From a virus, in the IMG/VR virus record IMGVR_UViG_3300028028_000001, positions 1-64,000 of that record: a DNA stretch of 64,000 nucleotides; one strand, written 5' to 3'. The notes below the pieces were generated by a model. That model ran no database searches. It had not been told where the DNA came from and worked only from the letters and a program-made list of their open reading frames with translations. Positions 8,668 to 17,473 of this stretch are shown one piece after another; positions within the stretch are counted from its first letter, which is position 1, and each line of letters begins with the position of its first letter. Both the position numbers and the translations under genes were made by a program.

Positions 8668-8891
8668 TGTCTCGATTCAACCCGTTCCCGCGTGCAACCA
8701 GCCTTTTCAAGCGCTTCCCGTTCCGCCTCGTCAATGGCGGCCAGGGAGAACGGGTTGGAGGTCTCTTTTCGGAGCGCCGCAAACTCCCGCTTGATGGCGG
8801 CTTTCGGGTCCACCGGGCGCACCTTGGCTATCAGGTACGCCGTGAAGAGGAGTAGAGCGATGGAGGAGGCTATCAGGGCGAGGTCGAGCAT
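8664..8891 (-). CDS. small membrane protein (75 aa)
   Basis: Internal ATG at 8891 gives MLDLALIASSIALLLFTAYLIAKV, an N-terminal transmembrane helix. Confidence 0.5.
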   Translation of the reverse strand: MLDLALIASSIALLLFTAYLIAKVRPVDPKAAIKREFAALRKETSNPFSLAAIDEAEREALEKAGCTRERVESRH

Positions 8892-9322
8892 GTCAGGATC
8901 TCCCGGAGTCGTCGGCAATGCGAGGAATCAAGGCCTTTCCGGCCCACTTTCACAAAATGGCGTCCATGGCCCACGATGTCGAGGTCGTCAAGGATCGCGT
9001 AGGTCCGGACCTCAGGATGAGAGTCCAGCCACGCGCGGATCTCGCCTGACCGTGGGTGCTCTCTCTTGAGCCAGTCATGCTCCGGGGTGCATCCGACGAT
9101 CGGAACCGTGAATCCCGCGCTTTGAAGAGCCACTTTCGTCTTCTCGTACCCGTAGATCCCCTCAATCCGCCAGTCCGAAGAGACCACGATCGATGTTCCG
9201 GTATCCTGGCATATCCGGTTTAGATGCTCGCATTTCTCCGGATCGATGTAGTCGATACCAAAGCGCTGGCGGGTCTTGCCGCTGTTCAGCACGTCGTCGA
9301 TGTCGAGGAAGAGGGCTTTCAT
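8873..9322 (-). CDS. HAD-superfamily phosphatase-like protein
   Basis: 149 aa. The N-terminal 'ALFLDIDDVLN' matches HAD motif I (DxDxV/T). The later 'AILDDLD' is an acidic motif IV-like element. Confidence 0.6.
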   Translation of the reverse strand: MKALFLDIDDVLNSGKTRQRFGIDYIDPEKCEHLNRICQDTGTSIVVSSDWRIEGIYGYEKTKVALQSAGFTVPIVGCTPEHDWLKREHPRSGEIRAWLDSHPEVRTYAILDDLDIVGHGRHFVKVGRKGLDSSHCRRLREILTCSTSP

Positions 9323-9558
9323 GAGGGCTCCTTCTCATGGCCAGGGCATCCGGTCTTGTACGAGAACCCTTCGCAGGTTTCGCCGAGCGGCATCATCTCG
9401 ATCCCGTCGCAGAGCATGTCGGCGAACCAGGACCGGAGTTCATGAACGTCTTGCGGATAGCGGCCTTCCCGGGTGAACGTCTTAAGATAGGGTCGGAGGT
9501 CCCGGTTGTTGTAGGTTGAAAGGCCCTTGATGGAATAACTGCAATGAATGATTTTCAC
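9319..9558 (-). CDS. hypothetical protein (79 aa, GTG start)
   Basis: Part of ORF 9319..9687. The GTG at 9558 forms a GTGA overlap with the upstream stop. C-terminal 'CEGFSYKTGCPGH' Cys/His motif. Confidence 0.45.
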   Translation of the reverse strand: MKIIHCSYSIKGLSTYNNRDLRPYLKTFTREGRYPQDVHELRSWFADMLCDGIEMMPLGETCEGFSYKTGCPGHEKEPS

Positions 9559-10112
9559 GTTGGCTCCAACATTTGCACGAACGCCGCCGGATCCGAGATT
9601 TCGGCGGTGAAGGACTCGGGGCACAGATGGATGCTTGTTCGAGTCGGCAGACCGTCGCGCTGGTACGAGGCGACATAGGGAGCCCATTTAGTCGGTTCCC
9701 CCTTGTGGATCTTGCTGCCTTTACATGTCACGCCGTCCACCACGGTAGTAACCTCTTCATGCCATGACCAGAAAAAACGGGCTTCGTGGGTGTAGGAGAT
9801 TGAGACGTGCTCGTCGGTCACGGTTACAATCGGGTCCACGGATCGGGATTCGACTATCCACACGCCCGAACCTTCGGGATCCTTGGGTGGCTCGGGTTTC
9901 GCGTTGCCGCGATCGAACCTGTTGAACGTGCCGTGAGAGCCGGGCTGATAACGGAAAGTGAAGGCGTCCGGTTTCTCTGCCATGATAGCAAGGGCCTCCG
10001 CGTGCATCCCTTTGATGCAGGCCTCTTTGCTCGGGTAGATGACGAATCGGCGATTACCGAGTCCGTTGGTTGATGTTGTGCCGGTTTCGGCGCGCCAGAG
10101 TTTTAGGATCAT
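9555..10112 (-). CDS. hypothetical protein (185 aa)
   Basis: ORF track; coupled at both ends. Confidence 0.6.
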   Translation of the reverse strand: MILKLWRAETGTTSTNGLGNRRFVIYPSKEACIKGMHAEALAIMAEKPDAFTFRYQPGSHGTFNRFDRGNAKPEPPKDPEGSGVWIVESRSVDPIVTVTDEHVSISYTHEARFFWSWHEEVTTVVDGVTCKGSKIHKGEPTKWAPYVASYQRDGLPTRTSIHLCPESFTAEISDPAAFVQMLEPT

Positions 10113-10777
10113 CTCTCAATCCTCCTGAATCCGATCGCCCAAACCCACTCAAGAGGCGAGTCGAAGTAGGCCAGGTAATCGGCAGGTTCGGTGAATCCTT
10201 CGGCCAGGAGATCCTTTGCCGAGATGTCCTTGACCCGCTCAAGCCGGATTTCAGTTATTTCCAAAATGGAACGTACTGCTTTGAAAGGCATGTGGATGCT
10301 CGGTTTCCATGGGCGGTAATCTGTAGGATCGGACGTTGCCCGGTAACATATCCCGACATCGCCGACCAGTGCTGGTCTCCACGTCTCCCGGACATAAAGC
10401 CGGTCTCCAACCCCGCCGTAGGGGCAATGAGCCCGATGGACGGTATCGTCCTGGTAGGGAATGTGGAGGTAGCACGCACCGAAGAGGGAAGGCCCGTCCG
10501 GATAGGCCCGCGCCTGCCAGTCTTCCACCGGCTTGGTAAACGGAATCTTCGGTGGCTTGACCGCCCGTCGGGTCTGACTCTTTTCGCCCGTCCAGGTAAG
10601 CAGGGCCATCCGGTCATCCATGAGGATCGGTCGGAGGTCGTAGGAGCCGCCGGGGCAGTCGTCGAAAGCCCAACCGCCGTCGGTTTTCACGTCGCGGGTA
10701 TGTTTCTTTGGCGTCCCGTCGATGTTCGCCGGCACGTCTTTTTCGCAGATCCCGCAGTAGCATTTTTCTCGGGTCAT
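10109..10777 (-). CDS. ASCH/PUA-like domain protein with N-terminal Cys motif
   Basis: 222 aa. 'GEKSQTRRAVKPP', 'GDRLYVRETW', 'WKPSIHMP' and 'LEITEIRLERVKDISAKDLLAEG' match the pattern I recall for phage ASCH-domain proteins. Confidence 0.5.
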   Translation of the reverse strand: MTREKCYCGICEKDVPANIDGTPKKHTRDVKTDGGWAFDDCPGGSYDLRPILMDDRMALLTWTGEKSQTRRAVKPPKIPFTKPVEDWQARAYPDGPSLFGACYLHIPYQDDTVHRAHCPYGGVGDRLYVRETWRPALVGDVGICYRATSDPTDYRPWKPSIHMPFKAVRSILEITEIRLERVKDISAKDLLAEGFTEPADYLAYFDSPLEWVWAIGFRRIER

Positions 10778-11184
10778 TTCGCTACCTCCTCAACAGCCTT
10801 CTTTCTCGTGTCCGCATCGAAAAGGGAGAACCCCACCCTTGCCCACCATCCAATCACGTTCATGAGTTCCACTGCCGGAAGGTCTACCCTTACCCGGGCA
10901 TGTTCGCCCTTTTCCATATGGAAATTACTGCACCGGTAGACAGGCCCGCGTCCGTCAAGGTACAGGTCCAACCCGGTAGCCTCCACGTCGCCGTTCTTGG
11001 ACCGGATGATGAGCGAGGCGGGCTCCTTGTCAGCGGTTTCGACGGTCGCCTTTTCCCGCTTGCCTGCGATGATCGTGGCACACAGGTCCACGCACTCATC
11101 GCAGATATTGACGTTTGGACCGGCAACCATCATGCGAGCGTCTTTGATGGTCTTTCCGCAGAAGGAACAGGAGATGGGTTTCAT
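10774..11184 (-). CDS. ClpX-type C4 zinc-finger (ZBD) domain protein
   Basis: 136 aa. The N-terminus 'CSFCGKTIKDARMMVAGPNVNICDECVDLCATII' is near-identical in pattern to the ClpX N-terminal zinc-binding domain (CSFCGK...IAGP.V.ICDECV.LC..II). There is no AAA+ module. Confidence 0.65.
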   Translation of the reverse strand: MKPISCSFCGKTIKDARMMVAGPNVNICDECVDLCATIIAGKREKATVETADKEPASLIIRSKNGDVEATGLDLYLDGRGPVYRCSNFHMEKGEHARVRVDLPAVELMNVIGWWARVGFSLFDADTRKKAVEEVAK

Positions 11185-11798
11185 TTCGCACCATCTTTCT
11201 CGGCTTTGATTTTTTCCAACCGCTGCTTTTCTTCCAGTGGAATGGGTGGGGAAAAGTAGGCGCGATCGAAGGTTCGCCTTGACTTCACCTTTGTCCGGTA
11301 CCCCTCCTCCTTGTTGCCAGGGTGGTAGGAACAGGCAATCACCGAGTCTCCCCCCTCTCCAAAGGATGTCACGGTGAACAAATCACCCTCTTCTGGAGTC
11401 CCCATCACACCGCCTACCCACCATGAGAACCCGATACAGACTCGACGGAGAGCGTAGCGCTTGATCCCATCGTTATGGGGATCGGAGTGGTGCCACCACT
11501 TACCTATCTTGATCGGCTTTCTCCCCTGGTAGTGGTCGATGGAGTCGGCGGCGCTCTTGTTCCCTGCCTGACAGGCCGCTGCGTGCATCTGGTCTATTTC
11601 CCCAGGGATGTAGCCGCTGGACTCCTTCATCATCGTCCGGAAGTCCTCCAGGTCCCATCGAAGTCCTCCCCATGTGGCAAGCCGGACGGCTGAGGCAAGA
11701 GACTCGTTCAAGCGGGCCCAGGAACGGGTCCACCCATCGGAGCCCCATCGTCCGAAAACGAGCCGGAATAGGTCGATTGCTGGGCTTGTTTTGTTCAT
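11181..11798 (-). CDS. hypothetical protein (205 aa)
   Basis: ORF 11181..11891 with the start moved to the internal ATG (MNKTSPAIDLF) at 11798; ATGA overlap. Confidence 0.55.
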   Translation of the reverse strand: MNKTSPAIDLFRLVFGRWGSDGWTRSWARLNESLASAVRLATWGGLRWDLEDFRTMMKESSGYIPGEIDQMHAAACQAGNKSAADSIDHYQGRKPIKIGKWWHHSDPHNDGIKRYALRRVCIGFSWWVGGVMGTPEEGDLFTVTSFGEGGDSVIACSYHPGNKEEGYRTKVKSRRTFDRAYFSPPIPLEEKQRLEKIKAEKDGAK

Positions 11799-12085
11799 TT
11801 CTTTTTCTCCAACACGGCAGCAAACACGGAAGGGAAAACGAAGTCGGAAGGACACCGAAGATCGCGCAGGTCCTCCTGCAAATACTCCCACTCGGAATCG
11901 CCTTCCTTCTTGGTCCCAGAGTTCAGCAGGTGGTGTATCCGGATGAACGCCCGTTTCTCGTCATCCGTCCAGTCTTCGGGCCATTCCCGATCGTTGCAGT
12001 TGCGACTTCCGAGGATGTCGGACAGTTGGCGGAGTAGGGCGATTATCTCCGTGGCTATTTTTTCAGGTACGATCATTTTGAACAA
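11795..12085 (-). CDS. hypothetical protein (96 aa)
   Basis: ORF track; ATGA coupling downstream. Confidence 0.5.
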   Translation of the reverse strand: MFKMIVPEKIATEIIALLRQLSDILGSRNCNDREWPEDWTDDEKRAFIRIHHLLNSGTKKEGDSEWEYLQEDLRDLRCPSDFVFPSVFAAVLEKKK

Positions 12086-12363
12086 CTCCCAAGAGTAACG
12101 CGAGCCCCTTCAACATCCCGCCGGACCCTCGGAGTAACCCGGAAAACATGGATATCCCAGTTCTTCCGAGGGCAAACGTCGCGGACGGTATACGTGATCC
12201 GATCGCCTTTCGGGAACGTGACGCAAACCTTGGACCCCATGGGCGCCGGGTGATTGATCGGCTTTGCGATAGACCGGGAGTTGACGGGCCACGTTGCATA
12301 GGGGGCGGGAAGGTCGAACGCCGTCACTCCGGAGAGGACGGCGAGAAGGAGAAGGGTTTTCAT
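12073..12363 (-). CDS. secreted small protein (signal peptide)
   Basis: MKTLLLLAVLSGVTAF is a typical Sec signal peptide. 96 aa. Confidence 0.55.
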   Translation of the reverse strand: MKTLLLLAVLSGVTAFDLPAPYATWPVNSRSIAKPINHPAPMGSKVCVTFPKGDRITYTVRDVCPRKNWDIHVFRVTPRVRRDVEGARVTLGSCSK

Positions 12364-12566
12364 CGGTTAGCCTGTTTGACGATAAACCTTGTGTAATCGC
12401 GTTCGGCAGAAACCGCTTCGGTAATCGCGTCCGAAAGGCGCGGCACGGCGACAAACGGCAGGATTTCAACCATGATGGCCATTTTCCCAGCCAGCGCCAG
12501 GGCCTCGCGCTGAACATGGGCGAGGTCAAGCAGTTCTTCGTGGGTCATTTCTTCAAGGGGTTTCAT
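12360..12566 (-). CDS. hypothetical protein (68 aa)
   Basis: ORF track; coupled at both ends. Confidence 0.5.
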   Translation of the reverse strand: MKPLEEMTHEELLDLAHVQREALALAGKMAIMVEILPFVAVPRLSDAITEAVSAERDYTRFIVKQANR

Positions 12567-12958
12567 CTCACCTCCACCCCGTCAAGAATAACGGTCCAAC
12601 CAGCGCGGACCAGGTAGGGAGCGGCCCATGCCCGGTGGCATCTTCCTGCCGCTGCTTCCGTCTTGGAACATGTGCAGCAGAGGGTATCGCCGTCCAGCAC
12701 CATGCGTCCGGTCGCCGTCGCAAGCCTGCCAGGATCAAGGGAAAGCTCCGCGAGCGCATCGAGCATCTGACAGTAGAAGTCCGCTCGGTAGTCCTCCATG
12801 GTGATTTTACCTTGCTGGTAATCCCTGAATCGCCTGGGGACGAGAGCGGAGACAGTTCCTTCCCCGTGCTCCCATGTCCTCGGCTTGGCCATGATCGTGT
12901 AGACATGCCCATGGTGGAGTTTCTTGCTGGAAAAGTTGGTAAGGTAAAGGGTGGGCAT
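12563..12958 (-). CDS. hypothetical protein (131 aa) with 'CCTC...CHR' motif
   Basis: ORF track. 'TLCCTCSKTEAAAGRCHRAWAAPYL' is reminiscent of the DUF488 C-terminal motif; this is a weak recollection. Confidence 0.5.
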   Translation of the reverse strand: MPTLYLTNFSSKKLHHGHVYTIMAKPRTWEHGEGTVSALVPRRFRDYQQGKITMEDYRADFYCQMLDALAELSLDPGRLATATGRMVLDGDTLCCTCSKTEAAAGRCHRAWAAPYLVRAGWTVILDGVEVR

Positions 12959-13290
12959 TATTTCGCTTCCGAATCGATGACGGAGCCGCCAAACGAAAGA
13001 ACGCCAACCCGGGCCAGCATGAGCACCTCGTCACGCTGCCACTTACCGGTGGCCGTCATCTCCTTGTTCTTCCGGAGGTTTATCTCACGAACCAGAGCAT
13101 CGATCGCGGGGTAAACCGGCTCCCCGTCCCACCAGAGAGGGGAGGCGTCACCCATGACCCGCTGGTCCACCTGCCATTCAGGCTTCGCGAATATCCCGTC
13201 CGCGCAGAATCGGACGTTCGCCGGCTTGTGACCAGGCCCTTGCGATTCCAGAAGTGCTGGGATCCCTACGAGAAGGATGTAATCTTTCAT
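12958..13290 (-). CDS. hypothetical protein (110 aa)
   Basis: ORF 12958..13311 with the start moved to the internal ATG (MKDYILLVG) at 13290. Confidence 0.5.
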   Translation of the reverse strand: MKDYILLVGIPALLESQGPGHKPANVRFCADGIFAKPEWQVDQRVMGDASPLWWDGEPVYPAIDALVREINLRKNKEMTATGKWQRDEVLMLARVGVLSFGGSVIDSEAK

Positions 13291-13300
13291 GTCGGTGCCT

Positions 13301-13681
13301 TCACGTTCCATCGAAGTTCATCGCGTTAGCTATGATCCGTCGAAGTTCATCCCGCTGGATTCGGCATTCGGCGAGATCGTTCTGAACGCTCTTGATCTCT
13401 GTGAGAAAACCCTGAACGAGCCTGACGAGCCCTTGCGAGTAGGGATACACGTCGTAATTCTCGATCGGCTCCGTGCGATGCGAAAGGATGATCTCATGGT
13501 CCAGGGCGTGCTCGATCGGCCCGTGGATGATCGCGGTAACGGTCTCGTGACCGATGGACGCGGTTCCACGGTTTGTGACTCTGCCGATCCACCATCCTTC
13601 CGGCGAGTTGACCCGATTCACGAAGATGATGCACTTGGAGCCGATAGCGGGCAGATCCTGGCCCTTCCATGTTCCGCTCAT
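13301..13681 (-). CDS. hypothetical protein (126 aa)
   Basis: ORF track; ATGA overlap with the upstream small gene. Confidence 0.55.
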   Translation of the reverse strand: MSGTWKGQDLPAIGSKCIIFVNRVNSPEGWWIGRVTNRGTASIGHETVTAIIHGPIEHALDHEIILSHRTEPIENYDVYPYSQGLVRLVQGFLTEIKSVQNDLAECRIQRDELRRIIANAMNFDGT

Positions 13682-13842
13682 CTCCCCTCCGTTTCCGCGA
13701 ACCGGATCGCCTCATTCACTCGAAGAATCGGCTTGCCCACGATGTCAATGCGGGCGCCGAGCACCTTGACCTCGCGCCGACCGCAGTAGGGGCATTCACC
13801 CCAATACAGGCCGTGTTCGGGGCATTCTTGCATCTTTTTCAT
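13678..13842 (-). CDS. small zinc-ribbon protein (54 aa; below ORF-track cutoff)
   Basis: My translation gives MKKMQECPEHGLYWGECPYCGRREVKVLGARIDIVGKPILRVNEAIRFAETEGR. ATGA overlaps at both ends (13839-13842 and 13678-13681). CPxH...CPYC motif. Confidence 0.5.
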   Translation of the reverse strand: MKKMQECPEHGLYWGECPYCGRREVKVLGARIDIVGKPILRVNEAIRFAETEGR

Positions 13843-14438
13843 GACTCTTTCCTCCACTCAACAACCGGCCTATCTCCTACCCATGGAATCCAGAAAACGT
13901 GATCCATAAATGTTACGAGGTGGTCACCAGGGAGATCCCCGTGAGAAAGATTCAGATTCTTCATTAAACGTTCGGCAGTCTTCTTTCGGTATAGGCTTTC
14001 GCCACCGAACCCAAAGATCGCACTTTCTTCGGCCTTGTCAATGACCTGCCAGCCTTTCCGTCGTTGTTTCAGGTAGTAACGGGGCGTCGGGGCCGGGATA
14101 TCAATCGATATGACTGTGTGTATCTGTGGGGAATCCATCCGAATCTCATTGATCCATTCCCGGATCTGGGGAAGCTCGGCCATAAAAGCAGATTCCGAGA
14201 TCCGCACGCGATGTTGGCGGAACTCAAGCCCTTCTCCAAGCTCGTTACTGTCCTCATCATGGATCCATCCGGGTATCCCTGCTGCCTCCATGACGCGGCA
14301 GAAGACGCTTTTCCCGCACCCTTGCGGCCCCCAGACTCGGCAACCCCTCCCGCTCCGGATGACTCGGGAGAGTTCCGGCAAGTCCTTGACTGCCGTGCGG
14401 TAGAAGGCCTTCCACTGGCTCGGAACTTCTTTGCTCAT
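13839..14438 (-). CDS. P-loop NTPase
   Basis: ORF 13839..14489 with the start moved to the internal ATG (MSKEVPSQW) at 14438. Walker A 'VWGPQGCGKS'. Confidence 0.55.
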   Translation of the reverse strand: MSKEVPSQWKAFYRTAVKDLPELSRVIRSGRGCRVWGPQGCGKSVFCRVMEAAGIPGWIHDEDSNELGEGLEFRQHRVRISESAFMAELPQIREWINEIRMDSPQIHTVISIDIPAPTPRYYLKQRRKGWQVIDKAEESAIFGFGGESLYRKKTAERLMKNLNLSHGDLPGDHLVTFMDHVFWIPWVGDRPVVEWRKES

Positions 14439-14506
14439 GGCTTCACTTCCTTTCATCTCCTGCATAGCCGATCGCCTTCGAGGTGTCAACGGGGATTCGT
14501 GGAATA

Positions 14507-15916
14507 TTACTCATCATCATCTCGGCCCATCCACCCGGGCTCAAAATACCAGAACTTCGTCCGTACCTTTTTACGAGTCCACCCGAGTTTCCGCAGAATG
14601 TTTCCGATCCGCATCTTCTCGTGATGCGCCTGCTTTTCGATCGGAACCTTAATGCACGATGACAGGATGTCACTCGTCTGCACGCGCCCGCGCCCTTGAA
14701 TCCACTCCGCAACAGGATCCTCCCAGATATCCGTGAGTTGGTATTGGTTCCATATCTCCGATAATGCCGCAGTGTCCTCGCCTCTGTTAAAATGCCACTT
14801 CTCGCCAGAGTGAAAAGCTGCCACAGCTTCGGCCCATAGTTGATCTCGGTTCCAGGCGATTCCTTTAAGGTCGATCGTCGTGACATGGACCGGCCAAAAC
14901 CGGCGCGCGCCTGTCGGGTCGTTCAGAAACTCGTCCTCGTTCGTGCTGCCGACTATGACGCATTGCCGCTCATATCGTACCTTATTCCTGCCATACGCCG
15001 GCCGGAACCTATCATCCTGCGCGGAAAGGAACGCCTTGACTGCCGTTGTCTCGCTCTTTCGCACGGAATCCAACTCGGCTAGTTCATAAATCCAGATCCC
15101 AACCAACGCATCCCGCCCGTCCTTGGAATGGATATCGATCGAAGTGTCGGAAAACCAGCGTTGATTAGGCACAAGTGCCCGAAACACTGACGATTTGCCT
15201 GCGCCCTGCTCACCGTGGAGGATCAGTGTTGTGTCCACCTTGCACCCTGGCTCAATCGCGCGAGCAACCGCCGATATCATCCACATACGGCCGATCTTTT
15301 CGTAAATCGGCCCAATCGCCCCCAAACCGCGCGACATCCACATATTAAGCCTGGGCTGGCCATCCCATCGAAGACTCTCCAACCAATCTCGGATAGGATG
15401 CGACGGATGGCGCGTAGCTACACAGATAATGGCCTCTCGAACCTTGGTTGTTGCGACTTCCTGGATCCCGTAAACCGAAGTTATCCACAGGTTGACCTCC
15501 GTTTCCATCGCGTCGGTCATCTCCTGCCCGCGCCACCGGACGACGTGGGCAAACGTGTCATCCACAAACGTGCCCTTCATCCTTGGATCCCCTTCAAGGA
15601 TCTCAACAAGGTTCCGCAGCGACGGAATGACCATCCCCTTCTTTTTCTGGAGCCTCGCAAGCAGGGCGGGATCGGGAGCCTCGCGCTTTTCCGCGTCGGA
15701 CACGTCCTCAATCATCATCCCAACCACGTCGTCATCCTGCTCTGGCGAGTAGTCCTCGGGGATTCCGTCCTCCTCTTCCTCCTGCTCGTCTATACCGTCC
15801 ACCGGAATGATCGGGCCCCGGATCTCCAGAGCCGCAAGCATCCGAGCCGTGCGCTCTTCCTCCGGGAAACTCGCTAAAACAGACGCTAAATCTCGCTTTT
15901 CGATTTTGTCGCTCAT
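14507..15916 (-). CDS. VirE/D5-like primase-associated NTPase (putative replicative helicase)
   Basis: 469 aa. 'LILHGEQGAGKSSVFRAL', 'IWIYELAELD', 'KAFLSAQDDRFRPAYG', 'VIVGSTNEDEFLNDPTGARRFWPV' follow the virulence-associated protein E / D5 C-terminal pattern. Confidence 0.75.
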   Translation of the reverse strand: MSDKIEKRDLASVLASFPEEERTARMLAALEIRGPIIPVDGIDEQEEEEDGIPEDYSPEQDDDVVGMMIEDVSDAEKREAPDPALLARLQKKKGMVIPSLRNLVEILEGDPRMKGTFVDDTFAHVVRWRGQEMTDAMETEVNLWITSVYGIQEVATTKVREAIICVATRHPSHPIRDWLESLRWDGQPRLNMWMSRGLGAIGPIYEKIGRMWMISAVARAIEPGCKVDTTLILHGEQGAGKSSVFRALVPNQRWFSDTSIDIHSKDGRDALVGIWIYELAELDSVRKSETTAVKAFLSAQDDRFRPAYGRNKVRYERQCVIVGSTNEDEFLNDPTGARRFWPVHVTTIDLKGIAWNRDQLWAEAVAAFHSGEKWHFNRGEDTAALSEIWNQYQLTDIWEDPVAEWIQGRGRVQTSDILSSCIKVPIEKQAHHEKMRIGNILRKLGWTRKKVRTKFWYFEPGWMGRDDDE

Positions 15917-16875
15917 AGAAACCTCTCTACCGTGAAACGCTCGACAGGGATCGGATGGACCGCACGGGCAATCTGCCCCGCGTACCGCTCACCTGCCTCG
16001 TCTTCGTCGGTCGCGGAGATCACCCGGATCCCCCACGGCCACTTGACATGATGAAACCCGCTAAAACCGCCCGATGTAGCTCCAAATACTGCGATCTCCT
16101 TCTGGTCCCTCAAACTGCTCGCGACAGCCAGGTAATCGGTCAGGCCCTCGCACAAGATCGCCACCTTCGCAGGCGCACCCTTCAACAGCGGACGCCCTTT
16201 CCACGGATCGGCGAAGAACAGGTTCTCCGAGGTGCAATCTTTCGGCCATCGGCACTTCGGGAAACCCTCTTCCTCCGGGCACGCTCGCCCGTGAACGCTC
16301 CGCACCGCGCCCTGGTAGTCCACCGCCGACACGACAAGAGGATAGTGGTCTCCCCATGGCCACCACGTCGGCCAGTGTCGCCCGGCGTACCAACCGGCGG
16401 GGATCCGCGCAGGGTCAAGCCCTCGCCCCATCAGGTACGAAAGCCCCCCAGGCGATCCGCTCCCCACGGGCCGGCACTCACGGATGAAGTCGCGGACCTC
16501 CTCGGCGTCCGGCAAACCCGCGCGAACAGGAGACGGCACGGTCCCCGGCTCGACTCGAATCCCGCCGTTCGACCTCCACCACGCGGCGAGCTCCACAGCG
16601 CGCCCGTTGCAGCCGTTCACTGGGCCCCCTATCACGCGCCAGGCCACAAGGTCCGCCGCGTCCCCAGAAGCCCCACAAGCCCAGCAATGCCATCCCACGC
16701 GCTCGTCCTTGCGGAAGACGTAACTCATGGGCCCGCGCCGATCCTGCTTGCCTCGATGCACCGCCCCGCAAGCAGGGCAAGGACCGAACGAACGGCCTCG
16801 ACCAGACTGCATACCGAGCACGCCCAGGACATCCTCTATCCGGGCAACTCGGGCGGCATCGAGCCATGAGGACAT
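15913..16875 (-). CDS. DNA primase (DnaG-type zinc finger plus Toprim)
   Basis: Internal ATG at 16875 (MSSWLDAARVARIEDVLGVLG). Zinc finger 'CPACGA...HCWACGASGD'. Toprim 'ILCEGLTDYL' and 'ISATDEDEAGE'. ATGA coupling to the VirE-like gene. Confidence 0.75.
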   Translation of the reverse strand: MSSWLDAARVARIEDVLGVLGMQSGRGRSFGPCPACGAVHRGKQDRRGPMSYVFRKDERVGWHCWACGASGDAADLVAWRVIGGPVNGCNGRAVELAAWWRSNGGIRVEPGTVPSPVRAGLPDAEEVRDFIRECRPVGSGSPGGLSYLMGRGLDPARIPAGWYAGRHWPTWWPWGDHYPLVVSAVDYQGAVRSVHGRACPEEEGFPKCRWPKDCTSENLFFADPWKGRPLLKGAPAKVAILCEGLTDYLAVASSLRDQKEIAVFGATSGGFSGFHHVKWPWGIRVISATDEDEAGERYAGQIARAVHPIPVERFTVERFL

Positions 16876-17089
16876 AGTTATGCCCTCTTTGCGATCGGCG
16901 ACATCTACACTCCTTCGAACGGTTCCGATGGATTCCTCCACGGGTCCGGCCCTCTCTCTGCTGACTGGTTGGCCGACCTGCCAGCAGAGTGCGGGGAGTA
17001 GACCCGCAAGAGGTGCCGTTCCGTTGATGGAGGAGTTGCCATCCTGATCAGGGTAGCCGGTTGGTTGAGATTCGTCAAGGTGGGGCAGA

Positions 17090-17300
17090 AAGTCGCAAGG
17101 GGTCCACAAAGTATTGATGGCATTGAAATAGCAATATCGCAGGTTTTTTTCGAAATCAGGCGCTTTAAGGTATCCTGCGAATATGTGGCGTTGTAATAGG
17201 GGAATGGAAAACGTGCGCCCCCCTGGACCCCTGTTTCTATAGTATTCTTCGGAGAATTGCAATATGTTACACTTTTTCTCACATGTAGCGAGGCATCAGG
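17090..17300. promoter_or_regulatory. AT-rich candidate promoter/control region of the leftward early operon
   Basis: GC drops sharply by eye (gtattgatggcattgaaatagcaatatcgcaggtttttttcgaaatc...tatagtattcttcggagaattgcaatatgttacactttttctc), directly upstream of the primase start. A TTGCAA (17257-17262) / TATAGA-like pair lies on the minus strand with suboptimal 15-nt spacing. Confidence 0.3.
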
Positions 17301-17473
17301 GGGGCGTGGGGGGCGCATCATGTCAGAAGGCAGTAAGGAGGCGGGTATCGTTGCGCCCCCCTTGAAAGGGAAGGGGGGCTCATTTGGCGTTGTTGATTCA
17401 TTGAAAGTTCCGGGCTAATGGAGCATATCCATCGTGGACCCCTTGAAAGACCAGCGGAAGCATGTGCGAACCT

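Noticed and set aside
16876-17262. A 129-codon N-terminal extension of the primase ORF (start at 17262).
   Set aside because: The zinc-finger primase N-terminus starts cleanly at the ATG at 16875. The extension runs through the AT-rich putative promoter region and has an odd composition.
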